Virus record (IMG/VR): IMGVR_UViG_3300042564_001198
Strand: one strand, 5' to 3'
DNA length: 64,000 bases
From: an uncultured virus (IMG/VR IMGVR_UViG_3300042564_001198)
Lineage: Duplodnaviria; Heunggongvirae; Uroviricota; Caudoviricetes
Position numbers and translations under genes: made by a program
The notes under the pieces: generated by a model
Database searches by the model: none
Told to the model about the DNA's origin: nothing
The model's input: only the letters and a program-made list of their open reading frames with translations
In this document: positions 18,452 through 29,213 of the stretch, in pieces
Layout: every line of letters starts with the position of its first letter
How positions within the stretch are numbered: position 1 is the first letter of the stretch

Positions 18452-19564
18452 ATGGTATTTAAACCAAACGAATCTTCTGAAGATATTGCTTATGAATATG
18501 AAGTCTGCTATGTTGATTTTGACACAGTGTTATTTCGTTCAGCCAAGATGCTTCAAGAAGATTATATTGTTGTAACGAACAAACGTGGTAAAAAGAAAGA
18601 GTTTAAAAACGTAACCGCTTTTTATGGCAGAGGTAAAGCTAGAGATGGTGGATGGATTGGAGAACAAAATAAAGAGCGCTTGGAGAAAGGCTTACCACCA
18701 ATTTCGGCAGATGATTACGTAATTGAAACAGCAGCAAGAGTCAAAGAATCCCCAGACCCAGAGATGACAATAATTGAATATGGTCTGAGTCAGATTGATT
18801 ACAAAGTTGGGGACATTAAGAAGGCAAGTAAGGCTAAGACCTATGTTCTCGGAATAGGAAGTCTCGAACCTAATTTTCGGTATGAGGTAGCACATATCCT
18901 ACCCTATAAAGGTGCTAGGAAACCTAAACCAATCTTGTTCCTTGAGTTGCGAGAGGCTTTTATTCAGAAGTACAGAAACAAGGTATTAGTAGCTAAAGAT
19001 GGCTTAGAAATGGATGACGAAATTAGCATCAAAGGTTGGGAGTCATATAAACATTTCTTAAAAACAGGTAAACATAAATACGTTATCTCCTTTGTTGATA
19101 AAGACTTGCGTATGACACCTTGTCCATCATTTAATTATGATAAGGTTGAGGAAGGGATTACTACACCGAGTATAGAGGATTGTGCAAGAGCATTTGCTGC
19201 ACAAATGCTCAGTGGAGATTTATCAACTGATAATATACAAGGTCTACCTAATCTGAACCCCGATTTTTGCGCTAAGTATGGACTAGCTAAACCACGCGGT
19301 GTAGGTAAGGCCACAGCACTTCAAATCTTGGAAGATTGTGAAACACCTAAACAAATGTATGAACGTGTTGTAGAGGCGTATAAGACGTATTACGGAGAAA
19401 GTGAGTTTGAGTTTACATCTCACAGAGGTCAAGTTAGTAAACGAAATTGGTTGGATATGTTAAAGGAGAATGCTATGCTTTTGTATATGCTTCGAAACTA
19501 CAATGAAGCTGGTGTGTATAACATAGTCAACACATTTAATAAATTAGGGGTGAATTATGGGTAG
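18452..19564 (+). CDS. 5'-3' exonuclease (T7 gp6/FEN-like)
   Basis: VDFD, NFRY...YKGAR, EMDD, DKDL, GDLSTDNIQG, GVGKATA. Confidence 0.9.
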   Translation: MVFKPNESSEDIAYEYEVCYVDFDTVLFRSAKMLQEDYIVVTNKRGKKKEFKNVTAFYGRGKARDGGWIGEQNKERLEKGLPPISADDYVIETAARVKESPDPEMTIIEYGLSQIDYKVGDIKKASKAKTYVLGIGSLEPNFRYEVAHILPYKGARKPKPILFLELREAFIQKYRNKVLVAKDGLEMDDEISIKGWESYKHFLKTGKHKYVISFVDKDLRMTPCPSFNYDKVEEGITTPSIEDCARAFAAQMLSGDLSTDNIQGLPNLNPDFCAKYGLAKPRGVGKATALQILEDCETPKQMYERVVEAYKTYYGESEFEFTSHRGQVSKRNWLDMLKENAMLLYMLRNYNEAGVYNIVNTFNKLGVNYG

Positions 19565-20516
19565 ACAACAGTTACCTCCTAAAATAAATATCGGTGAAAC
19601 ATACGGTAGGTGGACAATTACCGATGTTCAACGTTTAGGTAGGTATTATAAGGCAAAATGCTTATGTGTTTGCGGTGAGACTAAGATAGTTAGACAAGAC
19701 AGCTTACTTAATGGCGACTCCACTTCCTGTGGATGTTTTGCGGCTGAACAAGCGTCGAAGCTCAACAGAACTCACGGATTGTCTTCACACAAACTTTATG
19801 ATGTTTGGCACTCTATGAACAGAAGATGTTTAAATGAAAATAGAAAAGATTACAAGCATTATGGTGGAAGGGGAATTAAGGTATGCGATGAGTGGGGTTT
19901 TACTAACCCAAAAGGGTTTTATAATTTTCTGGAAGACATGGAAGATTCTTTTATCGAAGGGTTAGAAATTGATAGAATAGACAACAATGGTGATTACAAC
20001 AAAAGTAATTGCAAATGGTCTACCCGATCTGAGCAGGTGGTGAATCGTCGTTTTGCTGAGGGGCAAGTAGGTAAACCACATATTATAAATGACGGTGAGG
20101 AAGAATTACATCTGGCCGCTATGGCAGAGAAGTACAATCTTAACCCTTCAATATTGCATGATAGGATAACAAAACTTGGTATGTCTTTGACCGATGCGTT
20201 AGTGCTTCCAGTGAAAACTAAGAAATATTTTTTAATTTTCGATGGCGTGGAGTATAACATCAAAGATGTATTTGTGTCACCACCTAACTTTCTTGCTTTG
20301 GTAAAGAAGTGTGGAATATCAACCGAAGATTTTATTTACTACTTGTTTGGTAACAATATTTTGGTAGAAGGTATAGTGAACAAAACTAGAATTTCATTTA
20401 CTAATGTTGATATTGACTTATCAAATTTTACTTTTAAACTACCTCGCGTATATGAGGGTTTTACTAAATATTTTACTAACATTTATCATCACAAGGAGTA
20501 TCGTAATGTTGAATGA
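19557..20516 (+). CDS. Free-standing HNH homing endonuclease
   Basis: CLCVCG...SCGC, YGGRGIKVC, EIDRIDNNGDYNKSNCKW. Confidence 0.9.
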   Translation: MGRQQLPPKINIGETYGRWTITDVQRLGRYYKAKCLCVCGETKIVRQDSLLNGDSTSCGCFAAEQASKLNRTHGLSSHKLYDVWHSMNRRCLNENRKDYKHYGGRGIKVCDEWGFTNPKGFYNFLEDMEDSFIEGLEIDRIDNNGDYNKSNCKWSTRSEQVVNRRFAEGQVGKPHIINDGEEELHLAAMAEKYNLNPSILHDRITKLGMSLTDALVLPVKTKKYFLIFDGVEYNIKDVFVSPPNFLALVKKCGISTEDFIYYLFGNNILVEGIVNKTRISFTNVDIDLSNFTFKLPRVYEGFTKYFTNIYHHKEYRNVE

Positions 20517-21042
20517 TGAGTTTGAGCCGTGGCTTTGGTATCCTGAATTATGGCCCACAAAGAGTAGTTTCTACACCTACTTACGTGGCTCATTACGTAA
20601 AGCTGTTTGGAATACATCTCCGATTAAGATAACGTTCAAGAATCTGAATTGCTCACCACCACCTGAAGATTACACAGGCAGAGCTAAGTCTGGTGCTTAC
20701 TGTGCGTTGTCTGGGGAATGGGAAGGAAAAAGTAAGCTTCAAGTGGATCACATAATTGGTAATGTACCGCTGAATGACGAAGCAGACATTCTTGATTTTA
20801 TCAAGCACTTAATTCCGCCACCAAACAGTTTGCAGTTAGTCAGCCCAGAAGCGCATAAGGCCAAGAGTTATGCAGAACGACAAGGAATAACATACGACGA
20901 GGCAATTCTTGAAAAGACGATCATTGAAATCTGTAAGGCAAAAAAGGATCGTGAATTTCTTCTTGAAAAGGAAATTACCCCCGCTTCAAATGCAGCAAAA
21001 CGTAAAGAACAAATCAGAGAATATCTGAAGGAGAATAAATGA
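20506..21042 (+). CDS. HNH-fold endonuclease of the replication module
   Basis: YCALSG...QVDHI...LQLVS..AH..KS; ATG 20506 with AAGGAG RBS. Confidence 0.75.
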   Translation: MLNDEFEPWLWYPELWPTKSSFYTYLRGSLRKAVWNTSPIKITFKNLNCSPPPEDYTGRAKSGAYCALSGEWEGKSKLQVDHIIGNVPLNDEADILDFIKHLIPPPNSLQLVSPEAHKAKSYAERQGITYDEAILEKTIIEICKAKKDREFLLEKEITPASNAAKRKEQIREYLKENK

Positions 21043-21347
21043 GTATTTACCAACTAACAACACATGAGTTTACAGAACTCTTAGAGAATGGAACATTATA
21101 CAAACTGTTCCCTGAGCTACAGGGACGATTATTCAACGTACAGCAATTTGTGGTATTGAAAGCAGAATATGAATTGAATGATGCTTTGTATAATTTCTTA
21201 TTTGACATTGTAGAATACACAGGCTGTGACCCTGCTGAGTTCTACGATTTGTTTATTGAACACAGAGAAGAACTTCTGAGTATTCTACAACACTCAGACG
21301 AACTAAACGTTGAAGGTGTATTAGCTAAATTACGGGAGGATGTGTAA
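21039..21347 (+). CDS. Hypothetical protein
   Basis: 102 aa, ATGA overlap. Confidence 0.75.
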   Translation: MSIYQLTTHEFTELLENGTLYKLFPELQGRLFNVQQFVVLKAEYELNDALYNFLFDIVEYTGCDPAEFYDLFIEHREELLSILQHSDELNVEGVLAKLREDV

Positions 21348-21560
21348 GTGCATATCCCAATTCGACACGTAGAAGATATTGAACTTGCTGTAAAGATTCT
21401 TATTGAAGAAGCTGTTGAGAAAGCTACAGATGAATTAGAAGATGAGTATGAAGAAAAGCTCTTAGAGAAAGATGAAGAAATCTTAGAGCTTCGTGGAACT
21501 ATTCGTAGTTTAGAAAATGAAATTGTTTTATTGCAACGGGAGTTAATGCGCAATGACTAA
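21348..21560 (+). CDS. Coiled-coil hypothetical protein
   Basis: 70 aa, GGAGG RBS. Confidence 0.7.
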   Translation: MHIPIRHVEDIELAVKILIEEAVEKATDELEDEYEEKLLEKDEEILELRGTIRSLENEIVLLQRELMRND

Positions 21561-22518
21561 TATTAAACGTAAAGAGTGGCACAGTAAGGTTGACGAGTTA
21601 TTAGCTACTGGTGTACAATCAGGCAGAACGATTGCTAAGATGTTGGGTCGTGGAAAGTCGCAGGTGAATGAATACATTAGTAGCTTAAAACGCTCTGAGA
21701 ACGATTCTGAGGCGCTATCTCAGCCGAAAGGTGCTAAGGTGTTGCTTCTTGATATTGAGACTGCACCGCTTCGCTCATACACTTGGGGGCTGTGGCAACA
21801 GAACGTAGGTCTTAATCAAATCGAAGGTGAATGGTTTATTCTGTCAGCAGCCGCAAAGTGGTTAGGTTCAGATGAGTCTGAAATTTTCTATAGAGATTTA
21901 CGTGGTGTGGTCAGTCAAGAAGATGACAGTGTTATTTTGGATATGATGTGGAATCTCATTAATGAAGCTGATGTAGTGATTGGACAGAACTCTAAAAAGT
22001 TCGATGCTAAGAAACTAAACGCCCGTTTCATTCTGAAGGGTTATCAGCCACCACGACCATTCAAGCATATTGATACATTACAGATTGCTAAAGCTGTGTT
22101 TGGTTTCACTTCTAACAAATTGGAGTGGATGACGGATAAATTGTGCGTCAAATACAAGAAGCAGAAACACAACAAGTTCTCAGGGTTTGAGTTGTGGAAA
22201 CAGATGCTTAATGATAATATTGAGGCTTGGGAAGAATGCGAGACATATAACAAATATGATGTGTTGTCACTGGAAGAACTTTACATCAAGTTAGCTCCTT
22301 GGGATAAGACGCATCCAAACCTGAACCTGTTTGGCGATATTGGTGAGCATGTTTGTCGTTGTGGTAGTAAGTCTGTTGTCGAAGATGGTTTTGCTTTTAC
22401 GTCTAAGAGTAAGTTTCAGCAGTACCGTTGTTTAGATTGTGGCGCAACTACACGAAGCAGTAAGAACTTGTTCACTAAAGAAGAACGGGATGCTTTGCAT
22501 CTCAATGTAGTAAGCTAA
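21553..22518 (+). CDS. DnaQ/RNase H-like 3'-5' exonuclease with N-terminal HTH and C-terminal Zn ribbon
   Basis: LLDIET, GQNSKKFD, HIDT, YNKYDV; CRCG...CLDCG. Confidence 0.85.
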   Translation: MTNIKRKEWHSKVDELLATGVQSGRTIAKMLGRGKSQVNEYISSLKRSENDSEALSQPKGAKVLLLDIETAPLRSYTWGLWQQNVGLNQIEGEWFILSAAAKWLGSDESEIFYRDLRGVVSQEDDSVILDMMWNLINEADVVIGQNSKKFDAKKLNARFILKGYQPPRPFKHIDTLQIAKAVFGFTSNKLEWMTDKLCVKYKKQKHNKFSGFELWKQMLNDNIEAWEECETYNKYDVLSLEELYIKLAPWDKTHPNLNLFGDIGEHVCRCGSKSVVEDGFAFTSKSKFQQYRCLDCGATTRSSKNLFTKEERDALHLNVVS

Positions 22519-22536
22519 ATAAACCTAAACAAACGC

Positions 22537-22565
22537 TTGACACGGGAATTGAAGTTGTGTAGAAT
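22537..22565 (+). promoter_or_regulatory. sigma70-type promoter
   Basis: TTGACA-N17-TAGAAT. Confidence 0.8.
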
Positions 22566-22610
22566 AATAGCCTGACAACACGTTCCTGTGTCAATAATGA
22601 GGAGAGAAAT

Positions 22611-23315
22611 ATGAGTGAATTAAAGTTTCCGTTTAAGTTTGCTGTGTCAGGAAACACATACAACGTTGTTATGTTGGGTGATGGGTATCCAGAAGTAACT
22701 AACCTACGGACAGGGTGGTCTACTACCGTGTATAGCGAAGATGACATTATTTCCAGAATTAAAGAGGGTATTTGGAAAGTTGTTGATGAAACCGCCGAAG
22801 AACAAGACCCAGAAGTAATCATCAAGCAATCAGATGCGTTTGTGCGTATCACTCAAGAGGAATACGATTCACTGATTGACGAAATAAATATGCTTCGTGA
22901 GCTTGTTGCTGAGATTACATTAGAAACAGATTACACAGCTTTAGGTCAACAAGCATCTACCTATCGTGCATTGAATGAGAAGATGCTGAAACATCATTCT
23001 TATAAAAAAGGTGATGGTGGTTCTACACGAGAAGGTGAACTGTTGGATCAGTTAGACACCTTATTTGCTGCCTATGATAGCTTGGCGGGTAAACAGAAAG
23101 AACAACAATTCAGACCAATTTCAGAAATGACTCTTGAAGATTGGCAACAGGCTATGGAAGAAGGTTGGGAATTCTTAGACAATTATGGATATGTTAATAC
23201 TGTCACTAAGGTTACGGATGAAGTATTTTTCAGTGGTTATTGCTTTGGCTTCAGTGTCGATGGAAAACATAGCGCAGCTCCGAAAAGTTACTTCATCAAA
23301 GCTCGTATTAAATAA
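22611..23315 (+). CDS. Hypothetical protein
   Basis: 234 aa, GAGGAG RBS. Confidence 0.8.
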   Translation: MSELKFPFKFAVSGNTYNVVMLGDGYPEVTNLRTGWSTTVYSEDDIISRIKEGIWKVVDETAEEQDPEVIIKQSDAFVRITQEEYDSLIDEINMLRELVAEITLETDYTALGQQASTYRALNEKMLKHHSYKKGDGGSTREGELLDQLDTLFAAYDSLAGKQKEQQFRPISEMTLEDWQQAMEEGWEFLDNYGYVNTVTKVTDEVFFSGYCFGFSVDGKHSAAPKSYFIKARIK

Positions 23316-23509
23316 GGAGAGAATTAGTGAAATTGTCACTAGATACCAAAGACGAATTTGACAACTACGTAAGAGAGTTGTTACTAGAACAATTGAGTGT
23401 GCGAATATATAAAGATTCTCGAAACTGCGATGATGTCATAGTTATTCAAGTGATGTTGAATGGTGAAATAATCTCTGAAGATTACACTTATTTATAAAGG
23501 AGTGAATTA

Positions 23510-23869
23510 GTGAACAGTAAACAATTTATCAAAGATGCAATTCGTACAGAGTCGCCGAACTACTTTCCACAGAATCACCGTATTGAACATGCTATTGACG
23601 GGTGTGTAACTGAAGCTGGTGAGTTACAAGATGCTTTGAAGAAAGCAAAGTATTATGGCAAAGAATTAGATGTTGTAAACATTAAAGAAGAAGCTGGTGA
23701 TATTCTTTGGTATCTGGCTATTCTGTTTGATGAGCTAGACACAGACTTTGAAACAGAGATGAATCGGGTGATTAGTAAACTGAAGACACGCTTCCCTGAC
23801 AAGTTCACGGAAGAAGATGCTTTCACTCGTGACTTAACCGCTGAACGTGAAGTGTTGGAGAGCTTATGA
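23510..23869 (+). CDS. MazG-like NTP pyrophosphohydrolase
   Basis: GCVTEAGELQD...KEEAGDILWY...KLKTRFP. Confidence 0.88.
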   Translation: MNSKQFIKDAIRTESPNYFPQNHRIEHAIDGCVTEAGELQDALKKAKYYGKELDVVNIKEEAGDILWYLAILFDELDTDFETEMNRVISKLKTRFPDKFTEEDAFTRDLTAEREVLESL

Positions 23870-24054
23870 TTGAACCAATTATCACTGAATGGTCATTTGA
23901 ATATGTATCAACAAATCATAGTGTATTTCGTGGAGTGATTAAAGCTGTTAGTATTGCGAATAGAGATACACAAATGTTAAGCTTGCTTTTCAATCGGTAT
24001 CGGCGTAAGATTGGTTTAGAGAATGTGAAGTTTGTTGAACTAAACAAGGAGTAG
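23866..24054 (+). CDS. Hypothetical protein
   Basis: 62 aa, ATGA overlap. Confidence 0.65.
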   Translation: MIEPIITEWSFEYVSTNHSVFRGVIKAVSIANRDTQMLSLLFNRYRRKIGLENVKFVELNKE

Positions 24055-24058
24055 TAGT

Positions 24059-24751
24059 TTGAAGGTAGAACATTTTAAAGATAAGTATGAAGTAAACGCA
24101 ATCGGTATTACAGTCCCTTTGGTTGATTATATCCCCGATAGTGAAGGCTTAATCAGTTATCAAGCTCGTGTAAGTAATCCAAACAATCAACTAGATTTTG
24201 ACACAGCAGACAAGCTGTTAGCCTATTGCGCTCGTAATGGTCATTGGTCTGTGTTTGATATGGCTAACTTAGTGTTGGAGATTAAAGCTCCTCGTGATAT
24301 TAGCCGCCAAGTACTGCGGCATAGCTCAGCTAAGTTTCAAGAGTTTAGCCAGCGGTATGCTGATGTAACAGATGATATGTTCTGTCTGCGAGAGCTGCGT
24401 AAACAAGATACAAAGAATCGTCAGAATTCAATCGCTGGTGCATTCAGTCAAGAAGATGAAACCGAGTGGTATGCTGACCAAGAAGAAGTCATCCAACTAA
24501 TTCAGGCTAAAGTTAAGAAGTGGCGCAGTCGTGATGCTGCAAAAGAATGCACTCGTGTATTTATGCCGGAAGGTCTTACTATGTCAGCTATGTATATGAA
24601 TGGTACAGTTCGCACATGGATTCATTACACAGGATTACGTTCTGAACGTGGGGTAACGCAAGATGAACATTGTGACATTGCTGACGCAGCTAAAGGATTC
24701 TTACTGAAGTATTTCCCTTCACTGAGTAAAGTATTAACGGAGCAACAATAA
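24059..24751 (+). CDS. thyX: Flavin-dependent thymidylate synthase
   Basis: GHWSVF, QVLRHSSAKFQEFSQRY (RH-x8-S-x-R), NGTVRTWIHY..LR. Confidence 0.93.
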   Translation: MKVEHFKDKYEVNAIGITVPLVDYIPDSEGLISYQARVSNPNNQLDFDTADKLLAYCARNGHWSVFDMANLVLEIKAPRDISRQVLRHSSAKFQEFSQRYADVTDDMFCLRELRKQDTKNRQNSIAGAFSQEDETEWYADQEEVIQLIQAKVKKWRSRDAAKECTRVFMPEGLTMSAMYMNGTVRTWIHYTGLRSERGVTQDEHCDIADAAKGFLLKYFPSLSKVLTEQQ

Positions 24752-25119
24752 TGGATCTGAAAGATTTACCAAAAATTGATGACAAGTACTTCGATTTTAA
24801 TTACAATGTAGCATTAGTTGATTTAGCTAACACAGAAGTATGTAAGCAAGGGTATTGCGCTACACAAGACGATAAGCTTATTAAGGCAATGCTTCATTTG
24901 TTTGGTGTTGATACTAACCGACCTTATGAGCGTTTAGAGTTAGCTGATGGACAAACCTTTCGTTCTCCTATCACTAACCTTGAACAGACGGGTGGTTATA
25001 TCTATAGTGGGTATGAGCGCAGTGACGAAGCATGGAAGAAACGTGGTAAAGACAATATGGTGAAGTATCTGTTCGAGTACAATGAAGAATTTTTCAAAGC
25101 ATTAGGATTGAAGGAGTAA
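24751..25119 (+). CDS. Hypothetical protein
   Basis: 122 aa. Confidence 0.75.
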   Translation: MDLKDLPKIDDKYFDFNYNVALVDLANTEVCKQGYCATQDDKLIKAMLHLFGVDTNRPYERLELADGQTFRSPITNLEQTGGYIYSGYERSDEAWKKRGKDNMVKYLFEYNEEFFKALGLKE

Positions 25120-25121
25120 TA

Positions 25122-25322
25122 ATGTATTCTGAAGGGTTAGTAGTATTTAGTAAAAACGTATGTCCTAATTGTGTTACTGTGAAGAATAAGCTTAAAGCTC
25201 AGGGGAAAGAGTTCACAGAGATTAAGTTAGAAGAAAACCCAGAAGCGTTAGCATTCTTGAAAGAACAAGGGTTTCGTTCTGTTCCTGTAGTGATGCAGGA
25301 TGGTGTTGTGGTGGTTGTATGA
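25122..25322 (+). CDS. NrdH-like glutaredoxin
   Basis: CPNC, FRSVPVV, next to RNR genes. Confidence 0.9.
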   Translation: MYSEGLVVFSKNVCPNCVTVKNKLKAQGKEFTEIKLEENPEALAFLKEQGFRSVPVVMQDGVVVVV

Positions 25323-26572
25323 TTAGTTCAGTAACTAAGCGTAATGGTGAAGTGGTTCCGTTTGACACAGACAAGTTTAATCGCTGGGCTGAATATGCAA
25401 CAGAGGTTGGTGGTAATTGGTCAGACATTGCATTTGAGACATATAAAAAGCTGACAGATAAAATCTCTACAGTTGACATTCACCAGACAATGATTGATGT
25501 TTGTATTGATAAAGAGAATCTTGAATATAGTCGTGTAGCGAGCCGTTTAGAGTTTGCTACAATTCGTAAGAACATGAAGTATGTCTTTGGTGTCGATGAT
25601 CGAGATAGCTTGAAAGATATTCTACAAGCGTATGAAGATTTCTCTGTATGGGATAGTGATTACATTCCTCCATACAATCCAGTCTGGGAAGATTGGTATA
25701 ACGAGATTAAGCAGACACGTTTAGAGTACTGGCAGGTAAAGCAGTTCACGGACAAGTACGCTTGTAAGATTAATGATGTAATAATTGAGACACCTCACTT
25801 AGCATACTTCGGTATCTCTGTTGCTTTGTTCGGTGATACACAAAAAGCTTTTAACTTTATGAAAGCGTTGGTGAAGGGTAAGATTAATCTACCTACTCCA
25901 GCTTTGAATGGTCTGCGTAATGGCGATTGGGATACAATCAGTTGCTGTGTAATTAGTGCTGGTGACTCTACCGAGTCTATTGGTGTAGCTAATCACATCG
26001 CTTATCGGATGACAGCTAAGAAAGCAGGTATTGGTATTGAGTACACATTACGTACTAAACATTCTCCGGTGAAAGGTGGTCGTGTAGCTCACTTAGGGTT
26101 GAGTCCTATTTACAAAGCATTGAACGGGGAAGTGAAAGCACTAACACAAATCACTCGTGGTGGTAACGCTACAGTGACTGTGCAGTGTATCAATCCAGAA
26201 GTGATGGATGTGTTTAACTGGAAATCTCAGCTAACAGATTTTGAAACACGTATTGACAAGCTGGATTATTCGTTTGCTTTCAATGACGCATTCTTCAATG
26301 CTGTAGTGACTGATACAGACTGGTATATGTTTAGTCTGTCTGATGCACCGAAGCTGTATGATTTGTTCTATACGGCAGATATGGATACCTACAACAAAGC
26401 TGTAGAGAAGTTGCTGAAGGTTGATACGAAGCACAAGAAAGTTAAAGCTCGTGAGATGTTAAAAGCTTTCCTTACAATCAGACAAGAGACAGGACGTTTC
26501 TATGCAATCAATGTGAGCAGGGCAAATAAACATACTCCGTTCTTGGATACAATTAGACAAAGTAATCTGTGT
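25319..26572 (+). CDS. nrdA: Class I ribonucleotide reductase alpha subunit, exon 1 (spliced product 723 aa)
   Basis: ATP cone VTKRNG, PTP..NG, SCCV; ends QSNLC. Confidence 0.95.
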
Positions 26573-26870
26573 TAATCTTGGCACAGAATAAACCCTTTGA
26601 AAACGGTGAACATCTCTTTGAGACAATACCGTGGGAAGATCGGTTGAATGTTCCCTCCGCTTGACGGAGTTCTACTGGATACCGATAACCCGTAACGACT
26701 ATCGAAACACTGTGAACGTGACAGAATGGAGTAGAGTAGCTACAAGCGTAGCGAAGCGGAGGGGTAGGTTACGTGAAAGAACCTACATGATATAGTCTGA
26801 GCTATATGGCAACATATAGATGCGGGTAAAGCCGCTGGTAGAGATTAGCGAACTCTGCTGAACACAACTG
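26573..26870 (+). ncRNA. Group I intron (298 nt, ORF-less) in nrdA
   Basis: P1 CUGUGU/GCACAG with U.G; P AAACGGUGAA, Q CAAUACCGUG, R AACGACUA, S GAUAUAGUCU; ends in G; splicing restores SNLC|MEI. Confidence 0.95.
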
Positions 26871-27788
26871 ATGGAAATACAATTACCGACAAAAGGCTAC
26901 AAAGGTATGAAAGAGCTTTATTCGTCCAAAGCTACAGGTGAAACAGCTTTCTGTTCTTTATCTGGAATCAACGTAGCTGCTGTGACGGATGATGAATACG
27001 AGCACATAGCCGATTTGACATTGGAAGCTATCGACATTATGATTGAGAGCGCACCAATGATGACAGATTCAATGAAAGCTGATATTATGTCTCGCCGTTC
27101 CGTTGGTGTGGGTATGTTGGGATTGGCTGTTGACTTATACAACAATAAACTTGACTATGATGGGTCTGTAGAGTCTTTAGAGCGCGTTAGATATTTAGCT
27201 GAACGTCACTACTACTATCTGCTAAAAGCCTCTCAAAAGCTCTCTGAGGCTTCTGGATTCGCTGTGGAAGGTATTGATGCGAAATGGCTACCTATTGACA
27301 CAGCAATAAAGAAAGACTGTAAGTTCGACTGGGAAGTATTGCGAGGTAAGCCACGGAAACATTCTGTTCTTGTTGCTCACATGCCTACCGAGAGCAGCAG
27401 TCTTTTGAGCGGTGTACCTAACTCCGTGTACAGTCCTAGAGAGAAGATTGTGTATAAGAAGTGCCGTAAGGGTGTGGTTCAGTTTATTTGTAAAGAGTTC
27501 ATTGAAGGTAAACATTTAACTGCATGGGATATTGACAATAATGTGATGTCGAAGTATTATTCTGAAATACAAGATTTCACTGACCAAGCCACTAGCTGTG
27601 ATATGTTCCGTGCTCCTGAGAACTATCCCGATGGTAAGGTGCCTATGTCTGTTCTGATGAAGGAGTTCGTCACTCACTTCAAGCTAGGCAACAAGACTTG
27701 GTATTACGTCAACACCAAACCTAAACGAGCTACTACGTTACACAACACAGTAGAAGCTGAAGATGGTTGCGAATCTTGTAAGTTATAA
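26871..27788 (+). CDS. nrdA: Ribonucleotide reductase alpha subunit, exon 2
   Basis: MEIQLP, FCSL, AHMPTESSS, KTWYY, terminal CESCKL. Confidence 0.95.
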   Translation: MEIQLPTKGYKGMKELYSSKATGETAFCSLSGINVAAVTDDEYEHIADLTLEAIDIMIESAPMMTDSMKADIMSRRSVGVGMLGLAVDLYNNKLDYDGSVESLERVRYLAERHYYYLLKASQKLSEASGFAVEGIDAKWLPIDTAIKKDCKFDWEVLRGKPRKHSVLVAHMPTESSSLLSGVPNSVYSPREKIVYKKCRKGVVQFICKEFIEGKHLTAWDIDNNVMSKYYSEIQDFTDQATSCDMFRAPENYPDGKVPMSVLMKEFVTHFKLGNKTWYYVNTKPKRATTLHNTVEAEDGCESCKL

Positions 27789-27792
27789 TTTT

Positions 27793-27816
27793 AAGGGAGC
27801 GTAATGCTCCCTTTTT
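27793..27816 (+). terminator. Intrinsic terminator/attenuator between nrdA and nrdB
   Basis: GGGAGC-GTAAT-GCTCCC + T5. Confidence 0.75.
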
Positions 27817-27832
27817 CATTTCTGGAGGAAAT

Positions 27833-28909
27833 ATGTTAGAAGTATTCAACGTAAATAATAAAGGTTATGTCACAGGTAAGTACCCATTGTTCTTAGGCGA
27901 GAAGTTAGGCTTGTATGATTCAGTGAATGTAGCTTATCCCGACATTGAAGAACTTTACCAACAGCAGTTTGGTCAGCGCTGGAGTGAGTTTGAATATGAC
28001 CTCACACAAGACAAAATGGATATGCTCACTCTACCTAAAGAAACAACAGATTTGATGGTTGAGACAATCATGTGGCAATACACAGCAGATAGCATTGCGG
28101 CTAAGTCGTTGGCTGAACTACTACTACCCTATGTCACAAACAGTGAGCTTGAAGCTATGGTGACTATTCAGAGTTTTTTTGAGATTATTCACAGTAGAAC
28201 GTATGCTCATATCGTTAAGCAGACAATCCCTAACGCTAAGGATTTGTTGGAGAAGACATATAGTAATGTAGAAGTGATTAAGCGCTCTAAAGTGATCGGA
28301 GAAGCTTTTGGTGCGTTGTACAGATTGAAAGAAGACAGTCCACGTAAAGACAAGATTCGTGCATTACTTCGAGTGATGTTTGCTTTAATGGCTTTTGAGG
28401 GAGTTAGTTTCATGTCATCGTTTGCTGTGACATTCGCCATTGCGGAGACAGGAGTGTTTCAAGGTATTGCCGGTTTGGTGGGATTGATCTGTTTTGATGA
28501 GTTGCTTCACGCCAAGATGGACTATACTGTGCTGAAGAATTTGTTGAAAGACCCTGAATGGTATGCTGAGTTCTTAATCATTAAGCCTGAAATCAACGCT
28601 ATTATTAACGCCGTAGTTGAGCAGGAACATAAATGGACAGAGCATTTATTTAGCGATGGTCGTAGAGTGGTAGGGTTGAGTCCTGTATTACTTCGGGAGT
28701 TTGTAATGTACATGGCAACTCCGTTGTATAAGAGCTTCGACCTTGTTGCAGAACAACCATTTATCGAAAAGAACCCCCTACCGTACATGAATAAGTATCT
28801 AAAGTCTGGTGTGATTCAAGTGGCTGCTCAAGAAGTACAGTTAAGTGATTACAACGTGGGTAACATTGTTGATGATACAGATAATTTAGATTTGAACTTT
28901 GATGTCTGA
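27833..28909 (+). CDS. nrdB: Class I ribonucleotide reductase beta subunit
   Basis: EIIHSRTY, FEGVSFMSSF, DELLH, AAQE. Confidence 0.95.
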   Translation: MLEVFNVNNKGYVTGKYPLFLGEKLGLYDSVNVAYPDIEELYQQQFGQRWSEFEYDLTQDKMDMLTLPKETTDLMVETIMWQYTADSIAAKSLAELLLPYVTNSELEAMVTIQSFFEIIHSRTYAHIVKQTIPNAKDLLEKTYSNVEVIKRSKVIGEAFGALYRLKEDSPRKDKIRALLRVMFALMAFEGVSFMSSFAVTFAIAETGVFQGIAGLVGLICFDELLHAKMDYTVLKNLLKDPEWYAEFLIIKPEINAIINAVVEQEHKWTEHLFSDGRRVVGLSPVLLREFVMYMATPLYKSFDLVAEQPFIEKNPLPYMNKYLKSGVIQVAAQEVQLSDYNVGNIVDDTDNLDLNFDV

Positions 28910-28926
28910 TAGAATTATCAGAACCT

Positions 28927-28950
28927 AGCCCCGCTCATGCGGGGCTTTTT
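28927..28950 (+). terminator. Intrinsic terminator
   Basis: GCCCCGC-TCAT-GCGGGGC + T5. Confidence 0.85.
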
Positions 28951-28967
28951 ATTGCCTAAAATAAATG

Positions 28968-28996
28968 TTGACATTAAATGTGCTTGTGTGTATTCT
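28968..28996 (+). promoter_or_regulatory. sigma70-type promoter
   Basis: TTGACA-N17-TATTCT. Confidence 0.75.
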
Positions 28997-29023
28997 TATC
29001 TCAACAAATATAGGAGATACCTG

Positions 29024-29203
29024 ATGAAACTTTATGAAATACATTTCACTAAACACACCATTGTAGATGATAACATCATTACTACAACTGGAGAATACCA
29101 AATTACTGCATTCGATGAGATCGATGCTGCGTTCTTCTTTGGTCAGATGTTACATGAAGACGAGAAGTACGAGATTCATATTAAACATATTAGACAAGTT
29201 TAA
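29024..29203 (+). CDS. Hypothetical protein
   Basis: ATG 29024 behind AGGAG. Confidence 0.7.
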   Translation: MKLYEIHFTKHTIVDDNIITTTGEYQITAFDEIDAAFFFGQMLHEDEKYEIHIKHIRQV

Positions 29204-29213
29204 GGAGAGAATT

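Noticed and set aside
23092..23104. 13-nt match (AACAGAAAGAACA) to the start of the predicted TnpB guide at 8483
   Set aside because: Low-complexity A-rich KQKEQ-coding sequence, match breaks at base 14, TAM unknown; not enough to claim self-targeting, but worth rechecking once the TAM is known
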